Origin: Octopus sinensis
Taxonomy: Eukaryota
Assembly (NCBI RefSeq): GCF_006345805.1
Contig: NC_043008.1
Location: 79,050,001-79,114,000 of the forward strand
Length of the DNA stretch: 64,000 bases
Reading direction: 5' to 3'
Part shown: piece by piece, positions 59,925 through 64,000 of the stretch
How the letters are laid out: each line of letters starts with the position of its first letter
Numbering within the stretch: the first letter of the stretch is position 1
Program-made: the position numbers and the translations under genes
Notes under the pieces: generated by a model
What the model saw: the letters and a program-made list of their open reading frames with translations, nothing else
The model's database searches: none
Told to the model about the DNA's origin: nothing

Positions 59925-60649
59925 AAGATATACACACACACACATATATATGTGTGTATTTATATATATATCTATATATATATAAAACTGAGAATGTGTG
60001 TCTGTCTGTCTGTGAGTGTTTCCCTAAAACTTGAGAACTACACAACCAATTTCATTCAAATTTTACACATGCCTTACTTAGGGTCCATGTAGTTTCATGG
60101 GCAAAAAACATGTTCAACTTCTTGCCTAGGGTGAGCCTATAGCAATATCATATCTTTTCCACTATTTTAGTATTACGTGTTAAAAGTGAAACAAAAACAT
60201 TTCTCTATTTTATGTCAGATACTTTCACTTTAACAATAAAAATTAGAGATAATAATAACAATTGAATTATATGTAGTAAGTAATAATTAAAATTAAACTA
60301 AAGTATAATATAATCGTAATATAACAAGAGTAAAAATAGGAATTGGTATAAAATTGCATCAATGACTTGAACTTGAATAAGTGGTTTCACATGAATGGGA
60401 ATAAATTAAAAATAAAATTAATGCGCAGAAATGGAATAGTCCAGATGGAGCTGTGCACATACCCTTTACCACGACTTTTACATTATATTATCTGCTAATT
60501 AGCTAGCATTAAGTATCTATATGAAGTTTGGCTGTATGTAACGTCTGTTTTCTCGAACAGCCGCTTCTACTGAGTACTGTGTTCGTTTATTTCTTATACA
60601 TAAAGGACTATAACTTCAACTGCGTACTGCTTTTTGATTATTATTATTT

Positions 60650-61456
60650 TTGATTATTATTATTACTGTTTAACTATTGTTATCACATTTGTTGGTTCCT
60701 CATAAGGGAAACGTGTTGCATTTGTTAAATAATTCTAAACTGTATCCCTCGCCCTTTGGGAGAAGGAGCTTTGGTTATTGTTTAAAAATTGAATCGTGTC
60801 CCAGTTTGGGGAAATTGACAATATTTTCACCGTTTATACAGCATTTTTGTTAAAATGCCTTCGATAGAAAAAAATCCAAAAATGAATTTCGCTGCAGCCG
60901 TCAGCAGGCGCGAACTCATTAAGATTAAAATGGAAGAAATGCAAACCTATTTCGGATTGATCACCGACAAAGACGGTGAATCTAGGATAACACCACCAAA
61001 CAAAATAAAAAATTAAATTAAAGAAAAGACTATTGTCTATAAAGTATACAATGTAGAGAAAAAAAAGATTTGAACACCTGGAGGAAAGCACCCTCGAAAA
61101 GTGTCTTGGTGCGACTATGAAACATATCAAGTATCTAACCAGAGGCAGTAAATTCGCCACAATAGAAGCAAGGTTCGAGTCAACGGAGCATGCAAGGGAG
61201 TACTCAACTCGAACCTTGCAAAGTGGAAATATTTTATTTTTATATTTATATCTGGGGCGTAGGACGTCCCGGATAAAAATTTAAAATGTCTCCCCAGAAG
61301 TAGAGGTAGGCTGGATTGTAGCCACACTTCTATACAAGAGGGAGGACAAGATGCAATTGATCGAAATTGCAAGAGACAGGCCTACAATTCCAGTCTGTTA
61401 TATATTTTTAGTATTGTTATCACTAGCGATATCAAGATATAACTTTGTATTTTGTA
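60650..61456 (+). mobile_element. Internally deleted copy of the ORF1/gag-like element at 1-1715
   Basis: RFEHLEESTLEKCLGATMKHIKYLTRGSKFATIEARFESTEHAREYSTRTLQSG. Its 3' end (ttgttatcacta.cgat.tcaagatataactt) recurs at ~51905-51975. Confidence 0.75.
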
Positions 61457-61570
61457 TTTTATGTGTAGATGTATATATATAGATGTACATGTAATATGTA
61501 CGCATATATATACATATATACATGCACTAGCATATGACACTAGCATATACATATATAAATATATGTATGA

Positions 61571-64000
61571 CGGGGTTGGTGGCGTGGGTATACTTATCGC
61601 TGAGAAATGGGTAGATAAAGTAATTGAGGTAATCAGAGTATGTGACAGAATACTTAAGATTAGATTAGTGCTTCATCATAGTTTAGCAACCATTATATCA
61701 GCCTATGCTCCTCAGTCGGGGCTACCTGATGGACAGAAAGACCGATTCTATGACACCCTACTGCAGACTACCTCGTTGACGAACGACAGAGACCTTATCT
61801 TTGTGGCTGGTGACTTAAATGGTCACGTTGGACGACATGCTGGGGGCTTCTATGGCGTACATGGAGGCTATGGCTATGGCTCCCGCAACGAGGAGGGAAC
61901 CAGGCTGCTGGAGTTCTGCGATGCAAATAATCTTATGATTTGCAACACTAACTTCAGGAAACCTACCAGCCACCTAGTCACTTACCGATCGGGCCAACAT
62001 ACCAGCCAAATTGACTACATCCTTGCAAGGCAAAGGGAGAGATGGCTGCTTATAAATGCCAAAACCTTCCCAGGTGAAGAATGTACCCCACAACATAGAC
62101 TGGTAGTTAGTGACTTTAGGATCAAGACTAGGAGGACAACCAGAAGACGACCAATATGGAGAAGAAGGATCTGGAAGCTTAAAGATCCTGCAAATGGACA
62201 GAGATTTAGGGACATATTACTTGAAGCCTCTGACGAAGTAGAAGGGGATAGAGCATCACAGGGGGTAGAAGGCAGCTGGACGTTTCTAAGGGACAACCTG
62301 CTGAGAGCCACTGACCAGATCTGTGGCTGGTGCAAAGTCACCTCTCGACCTAGAATAACGTGGTGGTGGAACGATATTGTAGACAGGGCTATTAGAGAAA
62401 AGAGACAGGCTTGGAAGGTCTGGAAAAATGGGGATAGCAGGGAATTGTATCAGACTGCCAAAAGAGAAGCTAGGAGACAGGTTTATTTAGCCAGAGGGGA
62501 AGCAGATAAGAAAAAATTTGCCAATGTTCTGCGCCGTGAGGACCAAAGACTGGAGGTGTTCCACGTTGCAAGACAGTGTGTGAGACAGAATCGTGATGTG
62601 GTAGGAGAGAAGTGTGTTCGCATGGAAGATGGTTCACTTGCGCTAAATGAGGATGCAAAGAGAGAGGTTTGGAGATGCCACTATGAAAGGTTGCTGAATA
62701 AAGAAAATGAATGGGATAAAGAGAGTCTGCCGAATGTTGACCCAACAGAGGGACCAGCTATCTGAGTTGATAGTTCCGTGGTAGCTAAGGCAATTAGAAG
62801 CATGAAGACAGGGAAAGCCCCAGGCCCATCAGGAATCACTGCAGAGATGCTCAAAATGTCTGGTAGTGTCGGCTATAGCCTAGTCACCAGTATAGTTAAC
62901 CAGGTGATACACAAAAGAGTCATACCCAATGACTGGTGTAGCAGCATAATAGTCAACTGCTACAAAGGTAAAGGTGACGCCCTAGATACAAATAACTACA
63001 GAGGTATCAAGCTGTTGGATCAGGTGATGAAGGTTACGGAGAGGGTCTTAGCCCAACTAATTAGAGAGAGAGTTAGTTTAGATGAGATGCAGTTTGGGTT
63101 TGTGCCAGGGAAAAGTACCACTGATGCTATATTCCTGGTAAGGCAGCTGCAGGAGAAATACCTAGCCAAAGATAAGCCCCTGTACCTGGCTTTTGTTGAC
63201 ATGGAGAAAGCCTTCGACAGGGTCCCCCGATCCCTTATCTGGTGGGCAATGAGGAAACTAGGGATAGATGAATGGTTAGTGAGAGCTGTGCGGGCCATGT
63301 ATAGGGACGCTGCTAGTAGGGTGAGGGTTGGAAACGAGTACAGTGAAGAATTCCGGGTAGAGGTTGGAGTCCACCAAGGCTCAGTACTCAGCCCCCTCCT
63401 ATTTATCATAGTCCTCCAGGCAATAACGGAGGAATTCAAGACAGGATGCCCTTGGGAGCTCCTCTATGCTGATGACCTTGCTCTAATTGCTGAGTCGCTA
63501 TCAGAACTGGAGGAGAAGTTTCAGGTGTGGAAACAAGGATTAGAATCGAAGGCCTCAGAGTCAATCTAGCTAAAACCAAGGTCGTAATCAGTAGGAAGGT
63601 AGACAAATCACAAACGCCTTCAGGTAGATGGCCCTGCTCGATCTGTAGAAAAGGTGTAGGTAGAAACTCTATAAGATGCACCAAGTGTAAGCTATGGACA
63701 CATAAGAGGTGCAGCAATGTCAAAGGAAGGCTAACTAGGAAGATGGTTTTTGTATGTGGCAGATGCTCAGGAACAATAAACACTGAAAATGCTCTGAGAC
63801 CAACTTCCGTCACTTTCCAGGGAGAAAAACTAGAAATAGTTGATAGTTTCCGTTACCTAGGTGACCAAGTCAGCAGTGGGGGCGGGTGTGCTGAAAGTGT
63901 AACTGCTAGAGTAAGAATAGCTTGGGCAAAATTCAGAGAGCTCTTACCTCTGCTGGTGACAAAAGGCCTCTCGCACAGAGTGAAAGGCAGACTGTATGAT
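61571..64000 (+). mobile_element. RTE LINE ORF2 (APE+RT) with a premature stop and a frameshift; runs off the right edge
   Basis: GVGILI, ISAYAPQ, AGDLNGHVG, SQIDYIL, KAPGPSG, GSVLSPLLF, LYADDL; TGA at 62763-62765. Confidence 0.93.

Overview
Eukaryotic, AT-rich, repeat-dominated genomic DNA. The repeat families and long (TA)n tracts suggest an animal, most likely a cephalopod such as Octopus (inference). There are no prokaryotic features or CRISPR arrays. One host gene is well supported: BNIP1/SEC20 on the minus strand, with four coding exons (35261-35352, 34122-34223, 13839-13960, 13460-13653) that splice in frame to 169 aa plus stop. Its first coding exon(s) were not found; a 100-N gap lies at 39275-39374. 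The rest is mostly transposons: a Ty3/Gypsy relic with nested solo LTRs, RTE and CR1/L2-type LINEs, Penelope elements, a piggyBac relic, tRNA-derived SINEs, MITEs and multi-kb TA microsatellites. Two observations stand out. (1) A 510-bp tandem array (9741-11191) carries a complete type I hammerhead ribozyme fold in each unit, resembling a retrozyme. (2) A chain of plus-strand exons antisense to BNIP1 splices in frame to a small Cys-rich peptide. All calls were made by eye, with no database searches.
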